From contig NC_043013.1 in the NCBI RefSeq assembly GCF_006345805.1, positions 17,050,001 through 17,114,000 of the forward strand: a stretch of 64,000 nt of DNA, given 5' to 3'. Of this stretch, positions 38,001 to 51,424 are shown piece after piece. Both the position numbers and the translations under genes were made by a program. This DNA comes from Octopus sinensis. Its lineage: Eukaryota. The notes beneath the pieces were generated by a model. It was not told the origin of the DNA and ran no database searches. It was given only the letters and a program-made list of their open reading frames with translations. The first letter of the stretch is position 1. Every line of letters begins with the position of its first letter.

Positions 38001-38645
38001 TAAATTAAAAAATGGGTGTTTTTTGTAGACAAAGCAATTAAAATTTCAAAAAATAAGATATAGAAATGCAATTCTTTTTTAATAAAATTTCTCACTAACA
38101 ACAAAAAGAAAAGGTAAAGAGAATGATGATAAAGTTGGCGTCGATAAGATCATGAAGAAATCCAAAAAGATGAGAGATTTTTAAAAAGAGCTTGAACAAC
38201 ATTCACACAAAATGTAAAAGTGTAGAAGAGGATAATTAATTAGGATATAATTACTGACAGAAAGGCATGTGTAATATTTCCAGTATATAATGCTGTAAAT
38301 GTAATTACTTAAATATATACATGTAGAGAGAGACTGACTGACTGACACACAGTCAAATATACATGCAGACGGATGGAGACACGTGGCTCAGTGGTTAGGG
38401 TGATATACTCATGAACACAGGATTATGGTTTTCATTTCTGGAGTAGGCAATGCATTGTGTTCTTGAGCAAAGCTCATTTCATGTTGCTCCAATCCACCCA
38501 GCTGGTAAAAATGAGTAATCCTGAGACAGATTGGCACTCCATCCAGAGGAGAGATATATGTGCCATGGAAACTGAGAAACAGGAATCTAGACTGATAAAC
38601 AGGGAGATATAGATATTCAGATATTCTGACATGTGCATATGTGTA

Positions 38646-38748
<103 letters not shown>

Positions 38749-38764
38749 CACAGACAGACAGACA

Positions 38765-40745
38765 GACAGACAAGCATTTTTAGGACTGGCAAATTATTAC
38801 CAAAATTATATCCCAAGTATGCATAAGGTTAGGGCTCCACTGAATAATTTGCTGAAAAAAGATATGAAATGGAATTTGTCAGAAAATTGCCAAAAGGCAT
38901 TTGATGAAATTAATATTTGATTTGTCATTAGCTCACTTCAATCCTGCAGCAGAGATTGCTGTAGCTTCAGACACTTCTGAGTATGGTATAGGAGCAGTAA
39001 TGCTACATAAATATAAAGATGTTAACATGAAGGTGGTGGTTCATGCCACACATTCTCTGATATTAGCAGAGAAATAATTACGGTCAAATAAAAAAAGACG
39101 CTCTAGTTATCATTTTTGCTGAGAAAAAATTTCACAGATTTTTGCATGGTAGAAGTTTTCAGCTGCAGACTGATCACCAACTGTTATTATTGATATTTGG
39201 GTCAAAAAAAGGAATCCCTACCTATACTGCTAACAGGTTACAACACTGGGCTACAATATTATTGAACTATGATTTCAAGATAGAGTATACACCATTCAAG
39301 AATTTAGACCATGCAGATTGTCTAGCAAGACTGATTTCAAAAAACATGGAACCATTCGAAGATTCTGTGATTGCCGCTTCGCAAGCAGAAATGGAATTTT
39401 AAAATGTTTTGTGTAACGTCATTCGTGAACTGCCAGCTTCACAAGACATAGAATTGAAATCGGAAAACAATAAATTCAGTATAAAAATGAAAAAAAAAAC
39501 ATTGAATGCTAAAGAAAATAAAAGTATGCGAAACACAACTGTGAACCATTTCTTATTGTGTGACAATGTGTTGATGTATGCACAGAGTCGTAGTGCCAAC
39601 CACACTGCAAAAGCGTTTATTAAAGGAATTTTATATTGGTCACCCAGGGATTTCAAGAATGAAATCACTAAGGAGCAGTTATGTATATTGGTCTACAATG
39701 GACTGTGACATTGAAGAGTCGGTGAAATCCTGCAGAGGTTGTGCCCTTGCAGCCAAGTCACCACTGGTAAAATTCCAACCATGGCCTAAAACCAACAGTC
39801 CATGGACCAGGCTTCATATAGAATTGGCTGGACCAGTAAATGGTGCATATTACTTTACTGTAGGAGATAGTTATACTAAGTGGCCAGAAATATGTAGATG
39901 TAGAAAACCAACCTCTACGATAACAATGGAATTTCTTCAGTGTCCCAGACACCATAGTATCCGAAAATGGTACGCAGTTGAACACATCTCTACTCCACCA
40001 TATCACCCAAGATCAAATGGGCGAGTGGAATGGTTCATGGATACATTTAACCCTTTAGTGTTCACATTATTCTGCCAAAACTAATGCTTTTTTATCCACA
40101 TTGTTTTGAACTAATCAGGTATTATCTTGTAGCTATGAGATTTTGATGAGGTAGCTGTTAATTTTTAAGATGATATTGTAGGGTTGGTGTGAGAGAACAG
40201 ATATGGCCAGTCTGAACATAAAACAGGCCGGATATGGCCGGTTTACATGCTAAAGGGTTAAAAGAGCATTAAAGAAAACAAGAAACAAGCTAGTAAATTA
40301 ATGCAGCATTGAAACAATTCTTGGGTGTTTATAGAATAACACCAAACCCAAAAACTTGTTTAGGCAAGTCACCTGTGGAACTAACGTTTGCTCGAAAAAT
40401 AAAGTCAAATTTTGACAGGCTGTTACCAGTAAGAAATAACAAATAGAGAAAACGCTAAAAATACAACAAAGTATTTTAATATCGGTGACAAAGTGTTTTT
40501 CAAAGTATTTAAAAAATGAAAGAGAAGGTTGGGAAGATGAAGTACTAAAAAAAGGATAGGTAAAATGACATGATAAGAGGCGAGAAACAGGATCACAAAA
40601 GACATTTAAACCAGTTAAAAAATAAATATATGGAAAAGAGAAACCTCTACCAATTTGACAACTTCAACAACAAAAACAATACAAGACTAACAACTCTTCC
40701 TCACTTCAACAAAAACAAAAAACATGCGCTTTTTTTTTCCTTCTT
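38765..40745 (+). mobile_element. Decayed Ty3/Gypsy LTR-retrotransposon pol (RT connection, RNase H, integrase)
   Basis: Translations: AFLGLANYYQNYIP..APLNNLLKK; ASDTSEYGIGAV; GRSFQLQTDHQLLLLIFG; RLQHWATILLNYDFKIEY..DHADCLARL; LLKEFYIGHPGISRMKSL..YVYW; CRGC; PWTRLHIELAGP; YTKWPE; PYHPRSNGRVE; FL..YRITP. There are many frameshifts, and a MITE interrupts it at 40051-40257. Confidence 0.93.
40051..40257. mobile_element. piggyBac-like MITE (family A) nested in the Gypsy integrase
   Basis: TTAA|CCCTTTAG ... CTAAAGGG|TTAA. The integrase reading (DTF-K-RALKK) resumes on the other side of the TSD. Confidence 0.9.
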
Positions 40746-40764
40746 TAAGACTTACATTTAAGGG

Positions 40765-41016
40765 CAGCCAGTTCTTAGAGAGTAGTAATTCCTTTGATGC
40801 AATCCTCCAGTCGTATAATTTTAAAATGTTAATTAGAAATTAACAGACAAGTTATCAAGCACAAGGAGATTATGTGCATGTGTGTGGATGGGTGTGTACA
40901 TAGATTTGCATATTTGTATGTGCATGTGTATTCATGTATTATATGATGTATATTAAGAACTAAAGTGTACTTAGTGTCATATTTCTGAATAAACTGATGT
41001 AATATTAGAAATTCTG
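40765..41016 (+). mobile_element. Possible degenerate 3' LTR of the Gypsy element
   Basis: Lies directly after the pol end and has AATAAA near its 3' side (about 40988). No second LTR is available for comparison, and the PPT and TG..CA ends are unclear. Confidence 0.35.
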
Positions 41017-41047
41017 TTTAAACAACTTCCCCATTGACAAACACTGT

Positions 41048-41090
<43 letters not shown>

Positions 41091-41507
41091 GGTGTACTAG
41101 AAGCAGCAGCAGTCACAGTGACATTGGAGATAATATTCAAATTGCTAAAAAGTTTTAAAAACTCTATACATACATACAGGCACACATTGTGTGTGTGTGT
41201 GTGTGTGGTGTGTGTGTGTGTGTGTGTGCATGTGTGTGTGTTCACCATTATAATCATCATTATCATCATTATCAACAGCATTCATAGGTTTGTATTCTAC
41301 AATTGGAGTCATTTCTAGGAAATTGAGCAACCTTGAAAATGTTTCCTTCAGCTGACCACCACCACTGACACGGCAGTAGTGGTAGTGATAACAAGCACTT
41401 ATAAGGGTATGTGACAAAATACCCTCATTGCACAACTCAGCTATTTGCATGATGGAATATTGATTTTTAAGGAAGAAACAGAGCATGCATATGTATACAT
41501 GCACACG

Positions 41508-41560
<53 letters not shown>

Positions 41561-42724
41561 GTGTGCTATGGACCCTCAACTCCTTAATGGAGATGCAGGA
41601 GGTGGAGGCATCATGACATATAGCAGGTCCTGGGAATTTCAGACCCGGCAGGACTCATCCCCACTCCGGGTCTGACCAAAGTCAATTTCTTCTAGGAGAG
41701 AAAACAAGAAAGGAAGAGAGGGGGAAAATAAACCCCAGTACAAAACTGGTACTTTATAATGTTACCAGCACTAAAGAAGTTGTCTGTGTGTGAAGGACTA
41801 AAAAATTTTCTCCCACCTGAGTCATTTCTTATTTGGAGTTACTCCCCACCTTGATGTATAGTATTATATGTGACTTGTAGAGTCTACTACATCTCAATAT
41901 GTTTCAATAATGTAAGGCAGCAAGCTGGCAGAATCAGTAGCATGCTGGGCAAAATCCTTAGTGGCATTTCATCCAGTTTTACATGAGTTCTGAGTTCAAA
42001 TTCCACCAAGGTCAACTTTGCCTTTCATTTTTTTCAGGGATGATAAAATAAGTACCACTTGAGTACTGGGGTCAATTTAATCGACTTCTACTCTCTCCCA
42101 AAATTGCTGGCCTTGTGCCAAAATTTGAAACCAATATGTTTCAATAAGGTAGTGGAGGACTGTGTGTATGTTTGAGAAATATACGGTAACCTCACTGGTG
42201 ATGGTGCTATGTAAAAAGCACCTAGTACATTCAATTAAGCAGTTGGTGTTAAGAAGGGCATCAAGCTGTAGAAACCATGCCAAAACAGGATAAAGACTCA
42301 CTTCGGTCATGAATGACCATGGAATTGCACCAAAAAAGTTAAAAGTTACCTCTGAGGTATAAGTCTGGGTAAGGTTGTTCTATGGAAGACCAACAGTCAC
42401 CCATGCATACCAGCCTCCCCTCTCCATGCCACCAATATTATCCAAGGTACAGAGGTCATAATCTAAGTAGCAGGGCATTGCCAAAAAATGAGTAGAGAGT
42501 GGGGGTGGGGAATGAAGTGACTGGTGAAAACCTGGGTATATAGAGGGGGTGGGGGACTACTAGATAGCAATAATACAGTGATCAAGGCTATGAGGACAGG
42601 ATTGGGGAGTGAAAGAGAAGTATAGTGCATGAAAGAGAAAACATGAAGAGAAGAGATGTAGTTTGGTTTGTTGGGGTAGGGTGTGTGAAAAGTTTTATTG
42701 TTATATGTTGGTGAAACACACACT

Positions 42725-44135
42725 GTTTCTAGAACTCAGTTTCGCTGATGTGGACAGGTCTTCTCAAAAACCTAATATCACCAGACATTTCAGTCCATTG
42801 TCATTTTCTTTGTAAGGCCAAACATCCTGAGACCGGTCCTCACCACTTCATCCCATGTCTTCCTGAGTCTCCCTCTTCCATGGGTAACATCCACTTTCAG
42901 TGATCAGCACTTCTTTACACAGTTGTCTTCATTCATACGCATCACATGTCCAAACTAATATAGTCTTCCCTCTTGCATTCGATTCCTCGTATGCCCAACT
43001 TTTCTCTCAACCCATTTACACTTTGTCATACAGACACACTGATGTTGCACATCCAACAGAGCGTACTGCTTTCATTCCTCTCTTGTCTATGCATGTCTTC
43101 TGCATTCAGAGCCCATGTCTCACTACCATTGAGTATAGCCATTTGTACACAAGCATCATACAATCTTACCTTTCTCTCTGAGAGAGAATCCTTTTGTTGT
43201 CAACAAAGATAATAGCTCTCTGAACTTCATCCTATTCTTATTCTAGAAACAATACTTTCAGAGCATCTACCACCATTGCTAATTTGGTCACCTAGATAAC
43301 AGAAACTGCAACCTCAAGAGAGCCTCCTGGGTATTTGAGAGAGTCTAAGTCCTGTGTACCCTTAGTGCTTATTATTCCTGTACATCTGCCATATATGAAG
43401 CCGACTTTATCTGTTAATCTACCTGTGATTCCACTGCACCTCTTATGTGTCCATAGTTTACACTGGGTGCAGCAAATGGAATTATTTCAAACTTTTTCCT
43501 ACATATTGAGCATGACTATTTACTCAACAGAGAGTCTTATCTGCTTTCTTGCTTACAACAACTTTGGTCTTTGCTTTCATACCTGGAATTTCTTCTCCAA
43601 TTCTGCTACAGATTCTGCAATAAGAGCAAGGTCATTAGCATAAAGCAGTTCCCACAGGGCATCCAGTTTTGAATTCCTCTGTTATGACCTGGAGAACTAT
43701 AATGAATAAGAGTGGGCTGAGAACTGAACCTAGGTGAACCCCTATTTGTATGCTAAATTCATCACTGTATTCATGACTGACTCTCACCTTACTGACAGCA
43801 CCACCTGTACAGCTCTAACGAGCCACTCCTCTACGCCTAACTCCTTAGAGATAACAAAGTGAGGGACTCTGACAAAAGCTTTCTCCAGGTTAACAAAAGC
43901 TAAGTACAATGGCTTACTTTTGGCCAAATACTTTTTCCACAGCTGTCTCACTAGGAAGACGTTATCTGTGGTACTCTTTCCAGGTACAAAACTGCATCTC
44001 ATCTAGTTTAATTCTATTCCTAATCAATTGAGCCATACCTCTCTCAGTAACTTTCATGACCTGATCCAGCAGTTTGATACTTCTGTAATTGTTTTTATCT
44101 AAGGCATTGCATTTATCCTTGTAGCAGCTAACTAT
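42725..44135 (-). mobile_element. Decayed RTE-clade LINE, RT domain to C-terminus
   Basis: Translations: FVPGKSTTDNVFLVRQL..LYLAFVNLEKAFVRVP; VHQGSVLSPLLF; ELLYANDLAL (YADD); a Cys-rich CRKGVGRNSICCTQC segment; LYDACVQ..LNGSETWAL. An older relative of 55010-55437. Confidence 0.9.
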
Positions 44136-44699
44136 AATACTTCCTGAATAACCTGATAACTATGCAGGTGATTAGGTCGTATCCTACACCGCCAAATATT
44201 TTAATCATCTTGGCAATGATAGCCAAGTACTTTTTTATTAGACTTTTAAGCCAAGCTGTTAAGTTAGAAGACATAAACAAACCCACACCAGTTGTCAAGC
44301 AGCAGTGGGATACAAACACAAAGACACACATACATATATAGTCATACATACATGCATGCATACATACACACATGTTTATGAATATATATTACAACTTGGA
44401 ACAGTTTAAGTGGAACGTTAACAACGTTAGTCTCACTTTTGTTCGAGGATCTGTCAAAGTTATAGACTCTGCCCTGACCTCCAAACCTAACAAGTATGAG
44501 AAATGAGTACACTCAATTTGGGTGTATTGTTTGTAGTTTATGTAACACAATCAACTATTACAATATAAATTTTGACTTCAGATAGTTCTGTGCATTCCAT
44601 AACAGACTCATCAAATCATTTTGTAACTCAATAAAAAAAGGTTTGCTTCTTTATGGAAGATTCACTCTCTTACCTATCCCCATCTTTCACTTTCCCATA

Positions 44700-45852
44700 G
44701 AACTTTGCAACCTTTATCCGCCAGGATAAAGAATAATCAGTGTTGCTATCTCTTACGTGGTGTATATATGAGGTGAGAGCTGTGGAGTTTTTATACTTAA
44801 GTGGGCTCTAAACCTCTTAAAATCAACAGTGCTTCCTACATAAACCTTAGTTTTTTGGTTATCTACTTTTATTGTACACTTATACACCACATTTTTCCTA
44901 AGACATGAACCAGCAAGTGGACATGATTCAGGCACTGTACAGCTACATATGTTTTTAAGATTTGTTCTACTATCATTCCTGTTATTGTCTTTTTGTTTTA
45001 TCAATTTTTTTTTATTTTGTGAGGTGGGTTGTAGAGATCAGTAACTACCAAAGGTTGACTTGAATTAACATAATTAATTTTAGATTTACTTACATTTATT
45101 ATTCTAGATTTGTTATTATTACCATGACCTACATTAGGTACACTATTAGTGTTGGAGCCCTTATTCAATTGACATTTTATTTTACTTATATTTATGGAAG
45201 CTATAATGGATACTAGATTAGGCATTGCAGAGTAGGAGAATTTTATTAAAGATTTATTACAAATTGAGTAATCCTTGCTATGCTTTGGAAATTTTACCTT
45301 CAAGATCTTGAAAAACAACTTAGGCAAGTTCTTAACTGTAAGAGAAAAAGGAGTGGGGAACCAGATTACTTCGTTTTTCTAGAACTGGATTGTTTAGTCA
45401 TGTTAGACTTTTCAGAATCACAATGTTTATGCTTATTATATTTACTATAGTTATTACTAGGTTGTATTCCACTAGGTATTATATTATTTCTATATAGCTT
45501 ATTTATATCTATGTTTATCAATACAGGGTATGCGCTAATAGTTTTAGAAATAGAGTTAGGAGATATATTTGCTAATTTTCTTTTAAGTTTCGTATTATGC
45601 ATGTAAGACATTTGATCATTATAACCACTTAGTTTCAAGGCATTATTGTAAACCAAGGCATGTTTGTTAAAGATCTCCTCATTAGTAGATAAATTTAAGA
45701 TTCTAATGGAAATAGATGTAACGATGCTATTGATAGTTAATCTAGGATGGTTCAAGGAAAATGTCAATATATTGTAGGGATTGATTAGGTTTTCAAAATG
45801 GGTAGTATAATCCAGTAATAAGGTCCAATGTTATGTCCAGAAAGTTGACTTC
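44700..45852 (-). mobile_element. Penelope-like retroelement remnant (RT thumb plus GIY-YIG endonuclease), 5'-truncated
   Basis: Translations: VNFLDITLDL..YYPF*KPN; HPRLTINSIVTSISIRILNLSTNEEIF..YNNALKLSGY; FP..IKFSYSAMPNL; CSC..CPLAGSCL..NVVYKCT..YVGST..FKRF. These are the characteristic Penelope motifs. Associated 3' repeat sequence probably extends to about 44400. Confidence 0.88.
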
Positions 45853-48409
45853 ATACATACATACATACATCATTTCATCATTTTTACATCTACTATTTCC
45901 ATGCAGACAAGGATCAGATGAGGCTCCTTGAATCAATATTCTACAAATGGATGTTCTCCTTCATAACAAACTTTACTCATTCTTCAAATCAGATATTTTA
46001 TTCAAACCTCATACATTGTACTACTGTTGGACATTTTATTAATGAGAAGCAAACACGTCACCACTGCTGGGGTGGTGTCAATGTGGAGACACCATGGAAA
46101 CAAACACAAAAAACACAGTCACAAAAAATCTATGAAGTTAGACAAGTAAAACAAATGGTGGGGGAAAAAATATGAAACCAAACAATAACAGTTAAAGAGT
46201 GTGTACAATGAAAATATAAACAAGCCAATGAAAGGAACAGAAAAGGATCTGTTCCAGGTTATAAACTTTATCTAATAGAAGTAAAAGGAATGAGAGAAGC
46301 ATGAGAAAGAGAACTGGAACTGAACTGAATCTACAAGGTATCCAAAGCAGCTTAGCACTAACTCCAACTCTTCTGTTACAATTCCATTCATATTTAGGAT
46401 TAATTATAGAAATGGAATCAACCTTGATACTTGACAGGTACTTTATTTTATCAACTCCATCTCCTTAGAAGAATAATCTAAGTTGACCTTGGTAGGATTT
46501 GAACTTGGAACACTCTAAGACATAACTAAATGCCACCAGCATTTCATCAAATGCTCTACAAATTCTGCCAATTTACTACCTCTGCTCGATATTGAGATTC
46601 AGCCTTTTATCAATTTCTAATGATTGTTCAAAGCACCAACCATTTTATATATTGAATTAATATGTATTGGGAAGTTAATTATTGGAAATGTTCTTCTGCC
46701 TGTGGAGACTGCTTCTATTCTAGAATGACCAACTTTATCGGCAATGTGATATTAATGAATTTGGAGGTGTCTCATACCAACACTAATCAGATTATTAGCA
46801 TAACTCAATAGTTTGCGGCTCTTCCTTGCAATTGATGAGGTTTTAAAGCTTGTTTGTGTCTGTCACAATTTATTGCCTCGCATTAAACTACTCACACATG
46901 CACACACACACACTCACATACATATAAACACACACGTACACTATCACTATCACAACTTCATGTCAATGAATATATCTAGTACACATACATCTGCTGCATA
47001 CAGCAAATCCCCCAGACCTAGATTCTCCACTCCTTAAACAGTAAAACCCTCATCATACGCCCCAAGAAATTATCCTTTGCTTGGTTACTTAACCAGCTAG
47101 AAACAGCAACCAAATCTCCCTCTCAAATCACAGCTTGCTGTTTTAAAAAAAAAAAACACTGTATAATGCAGTCAGAGTTATATCTGAATAAAAGATGAGA
47201 TGGTCACAACTGGATTACCAAAGGTCATCTTGACCAAGGCTGGCATAAGGCTATCCAACAAGAGAAAATAATAAGATCTTATGTAACATCCGGGGAAAAC
47301 GATACTAGATGGTCACAGTTGGAATATCTTTAATCACAGGTCTACCGGATTTGAACTGACCTGGAACTAATCATCACTACCACCACCACCATCTTCCTCC
47401 TGATATTTTACCACAATTACCATTGCAATAGAGAATGGCACAGCAATTAATATGGTTCCACCATTTTAACAGCAACGATGATTTTCATGTCTGTAACTGT
47501 ACATGGTTTGTCCATTATCTCCATAGAAACCTATCCATTAGCACTGTGTGTGTGTATGTGTTGCTTCCAACACCAACATTCAAACACAAATATATATGTG
47601 TATGTGTGTGTTATTTTCCATCAGAGCTCACATAAATAATGAGCTATCCATAAATATGGAGCTGTTACTTTTTATTTCTCACATAAACTGGACTTAAGCT
47701 GATACGTTTGTTATTTTAGATATGCTGTACTGAGTATCCATTCAGTTGTTAGCATTTAAAACAGGCCTCTAGACGAAAGACAGCCGCTCCAGCTCCTCTC
47801 ACTAGTCTCACAGACCATAATAAGGGCCAGTGGTGCTGCTCTGCCAAATCCATATACAACATTAAAAACAAAAATACTATACAAAAACCTATGGTAGTCT
47901 TAGAACTGGGACACTATATAGGGGGTCCCTGGTTGTAAAAAGCAAAAAGGTTGGAAAAAGCAAGGGTATCTAGTTGTGAAACACTGCCTTGGAACCCATG
48001 CCAGCAATGAAAACTGGGTGTATGATGATAGTAGAGGAAGGGGTACTTGTGCACTTCAACTCATTAATATTCAGACCCCGGGTGAATGCTGTCTCAAGAC
48101 AAGAAGACAAATCACATGCTTATCTACTGTCTTATAAAGAAAGGAAGGCTACATTGAATATTGCAATCAATCCTAGATAAACTATTTCAGAAAGTAAAAC
48201 AAAAGAACAAGATGGTCAGCTTTAGAAACACTTCAGTCACAGTACTGTGTCACGCTCCAGTGCTTGCTTTGACATGCACTAATGAGGTTGCCATGTAACT
48301 TTAAAAAACAAATGTGCAGGCATGCAGGCAGGCAGACTGAAGGGCAGACAGACAGATGTACATCCAGTTTAATCTATCTCAATTTGAATATTTTTCACTT
48401 TTCACTTTA

Positions 48410-48801
48410 CTAGCAGTATCGCCCAGTGTTGCTCAGGTTTGTTTCGACCCTTTAGAATTGGAATTTTTGAAAAGTAAAAGTTTTGCATTATGTAGCTTGT
48501 TATTCTCTTTAAGTGAACATTTTTCTGGTTGAAATACACCGAAAAATGACGACACAGCAGTCAAAAAATCGTAAAAAATAGGGATTTTCATAGAAAAAAA
48601 GTACCTTTTTGATGTAAATAAATTTTGGTGTTACCATGGTCCGATTTGAATTTTTTCTTCTACGGAAGGAAGAGCAAGCCTTCTTCTATCATACTCTCAA
48701 TTTTGGTCAACTTGCGCCACAGGGTCTTGGAGGAGATAGTGTTAGTTGAAGGCTACCAAACCTGCCATACACAGACAACTTCAGCTTTATATAGAGAGAG
48801 A
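48410..48801 (-). mobile_element. Complete 392-bp non-autonomous Helitron
   Basis: On the minus strand: A|TCTCTCTCTATATAAAGC ... CCTGAGCAACACTGGG hairpin ... CTGCTAG|T. Inserted between A and T with no TSD; the 3' 200 bp match 1-200. Confidence 0.9.
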
Positions 48802-50370
48802 TTACTGAGCTCTGTTATGTCAGTAAAGACCGATTCTTTGGATACTCCAGGGTGTTGTTATGTTCTTGCATTCTCGGTAAATAAACAGCTTTTAAATTCT
48901 CTTCTACATTCACCATCACCACCTTTCTAGAAGTGGAGGTCTTGCAAGAAGTTTAAAGCACTTCCTTTTTTTCTTTCTTTTATTTATTTTTTTTCTTTAT
49001 TGGTAAAATATGATGGAAAGAGACAACCCAAAAGTGAGAGGTGGCAATAGGCTGAACCTAACATTTATCTTTGACGTATATTTAATGTCACCTTGTAAAA
49101 ATAGAAAACAGACATTCACCCCCACCTCACCCACTACTCCACTGCCACCACTATATCTTTCTTTGCACCAGAACTGTAACAACTGGCTCTCACCACCACC
49201 AACACCACCATGTCACTATGAAGTAGGGGAGGTGGCTTCTATGATTAGTTGACCTGTTAGAAATAGCAGTCAAATCACCCCACTTCTCCTGCCCACTACC
49301 ATTTTCAAAAAGAAACACTTTGAATAAGGTATTTGTGGGTCCTCTCCACTCGGCATCAGTGGTAGTCAGGGGCTGAAATGGTTTTGATCATAGGTCTGTT
49401 AGATCAGAACTGAGCAAGGGCTAAACAACAACCACCACCATCACAACCACTGCCACAACCATCACCACAACCACCACCATCCACTCCTGCTCCACAGTTG
49501 ACTTTTATAACTGTGACTAGAATACAGAATAAAGTAAGTCTGCAGGGGGTGAGTGGGTGTATATGTGCCTGGTAATGGTGGTGGTGGAGTTTTGAGAATG
49601 ACATGACTGTGTGCCGATTCCTCAATTATTGGTTGAACTTTGATAATGCCCCAGTTGACTGGTGAAGGAGGGGCCCTCTTCCACCATTCAACAGCATCAT
49701 CATCGCATCACATAGGCACACAAGCCTCTAAATAGTGGCTTCTTGTGCTACAAATAGCAGCTAAATCTCTCACAAATCATTTTATTGGTTTAAAAACAGA
49801 ATAGGTTGGGTAATGTAGTTCTAGATACATTATACCTGAATAAAACTAAACAAAACAAAACATGATCGTGACAAAGACTCCTCTGTCTATCTATGCCTGT
49901 TCAGGTATGGCTGTGTGGTAAATAGCTTGCTTCCCAACTACATGGTTCTGGGTTCAGTCCCACTGCATGGCACCATGGGCAAGTGTCTTCTATTATAGCA
50001 TCAGGCCAACCAAAGCCTTGTAAGTGGATTTGGTAGAGAGAAACTGAAAGAAGACAATTGAGTGGTGGGGGTCTTCCACCACTGCTTGACAGTTGGTGTT
50101 GGCGTGTTAATGTCTCCATAACTTAATGTTTCTGTAACTCAGCAAAAAAAGACCAATAGAATAGGTACTAGGTTTTAAAAAATATGTCCTGGTGTTGATT
50201 TGTTCAACAAAAACCCATCAAGGCAGTGCCCCAGTATAGCCATAGTCAAATAACTATAACACACAAAAAAAAAGTATTTATATATATCTACCGACCCATC
50301 TAACTATCTATGCTTGTTCTCTCTCTACATAACTATCCATTAACCCTCCTGGGACACCCAGACCAATTCA

Positions 50371-50492
50371 TCAACCTAAGTGATACAAGTTGAAAGGACT
50401 TTGAGGCTGATCCATCGGCTCCGGTGGAAGAATGTTGTGAATGGTTGGTTTGAAGTGTAATAGCTGATCAGAGATCACTTCAGTAGAAGTAT
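50371..50492 (-). CDS. Candidate exon (DTSTEVISDQLLHFKPTIHNILPPEPMDQPQSPFNLYHLG*, phase 1)
   Basis: Strong acceptor GTTTTCTTTTTTTTTTGAG| and 39 further open codons in a GC-richer unique island. No homology recognised. Confidence 0.3.
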
Positions 50493-50912
50493 CTCAAAAA
50501 AAAAAGAAAAACTTTGGTCCTTTTGGTTACACATACCAAAATACTGTGTCTCAAAAGGGCCAACTGTTACAGTTTTTCGTCTGCCAATCCTTCTGGCAGA
50601 AATGTTAGCGCGCCGGGCGAAATGTTTAGCGATATTTCATCTGTCGTTACGTTCTGAGTTCAAATTCCGCCGAGGTCGACTTTGCCTTTCATCCTTTTGG
50701 GGTCGATAAATAAGGTACCAGTTTCACACTGGGGTCGATGTAATCGACTTAATCCCTTTGTCTGTCCTTGTTTGTCCCCTCTATGTTTAGCCCCTTGTGA
50801 GTAGTAAAGAAATATATTTATCTATAGATATGTACACATACACGTCTATCTATTTGCATCTGTCTATCCTCTACCAATTAGCTATATGACATTAAAAACA
50901 AAAACATTTTAA

Positions 50913-51137
50913 CCAGTTTGACACTACATCCAGTTTGAGACTACGTCTGGGTCTAGGATACAGGCTTCAAGTCTTGAGATGACCTAAATTAAAACCTTGC
51001 AACAAAAATTTAATTTCATATTATGTTCCAAACACTAGATTCATAATGACCAAAGTAACTTACTAAACTCTTCATTCTTTTCAAAATAAATTTAAACAAA
51101 GCATTTATATTTCAACAGAAATATGGTAACAAAAAGG
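50913..51137. mobile_element. Degenerate piggyBac-like MITE (family B)
   Basis: TTAA|CC ... GG|TTAA; body similar to 11129 and 33645. Confidence 0.6.
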
Positions 51138-51424
51138 TTAAAACAAAAATAGAATATGAGAAACAAAAAAAAGAATTAATAAATAGCAGAAATATTCAGA
51201 AAGTAGTTCATCACTATTAATTAGATTACTAATTATTCTAACATTGTGGGAAGAATACATACCTATATATGGACACTGAATAGATAATAGATCAGAAGCA
51301 AAGACAACAAGACACATTTAGTGATTTTGTTTACTTTAAGCAAAACAACAAAATGGAGAATTTCATTTTGTTTAACAAAATTTTGTATTTCCTTTTATGA
51401 AAAATGGCGAAGTTTGTTTCTATA

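Noticed and set aside
44400-44640. Hammerhead ribozymes in the Penelope 3' region (TTGATGAGTC..; TTGACAGA.. on the minus strand)
   Set aside because: The cores are degenerate and I could not build stem I or a GAAAC/GUH junction. At most these are dead relics.
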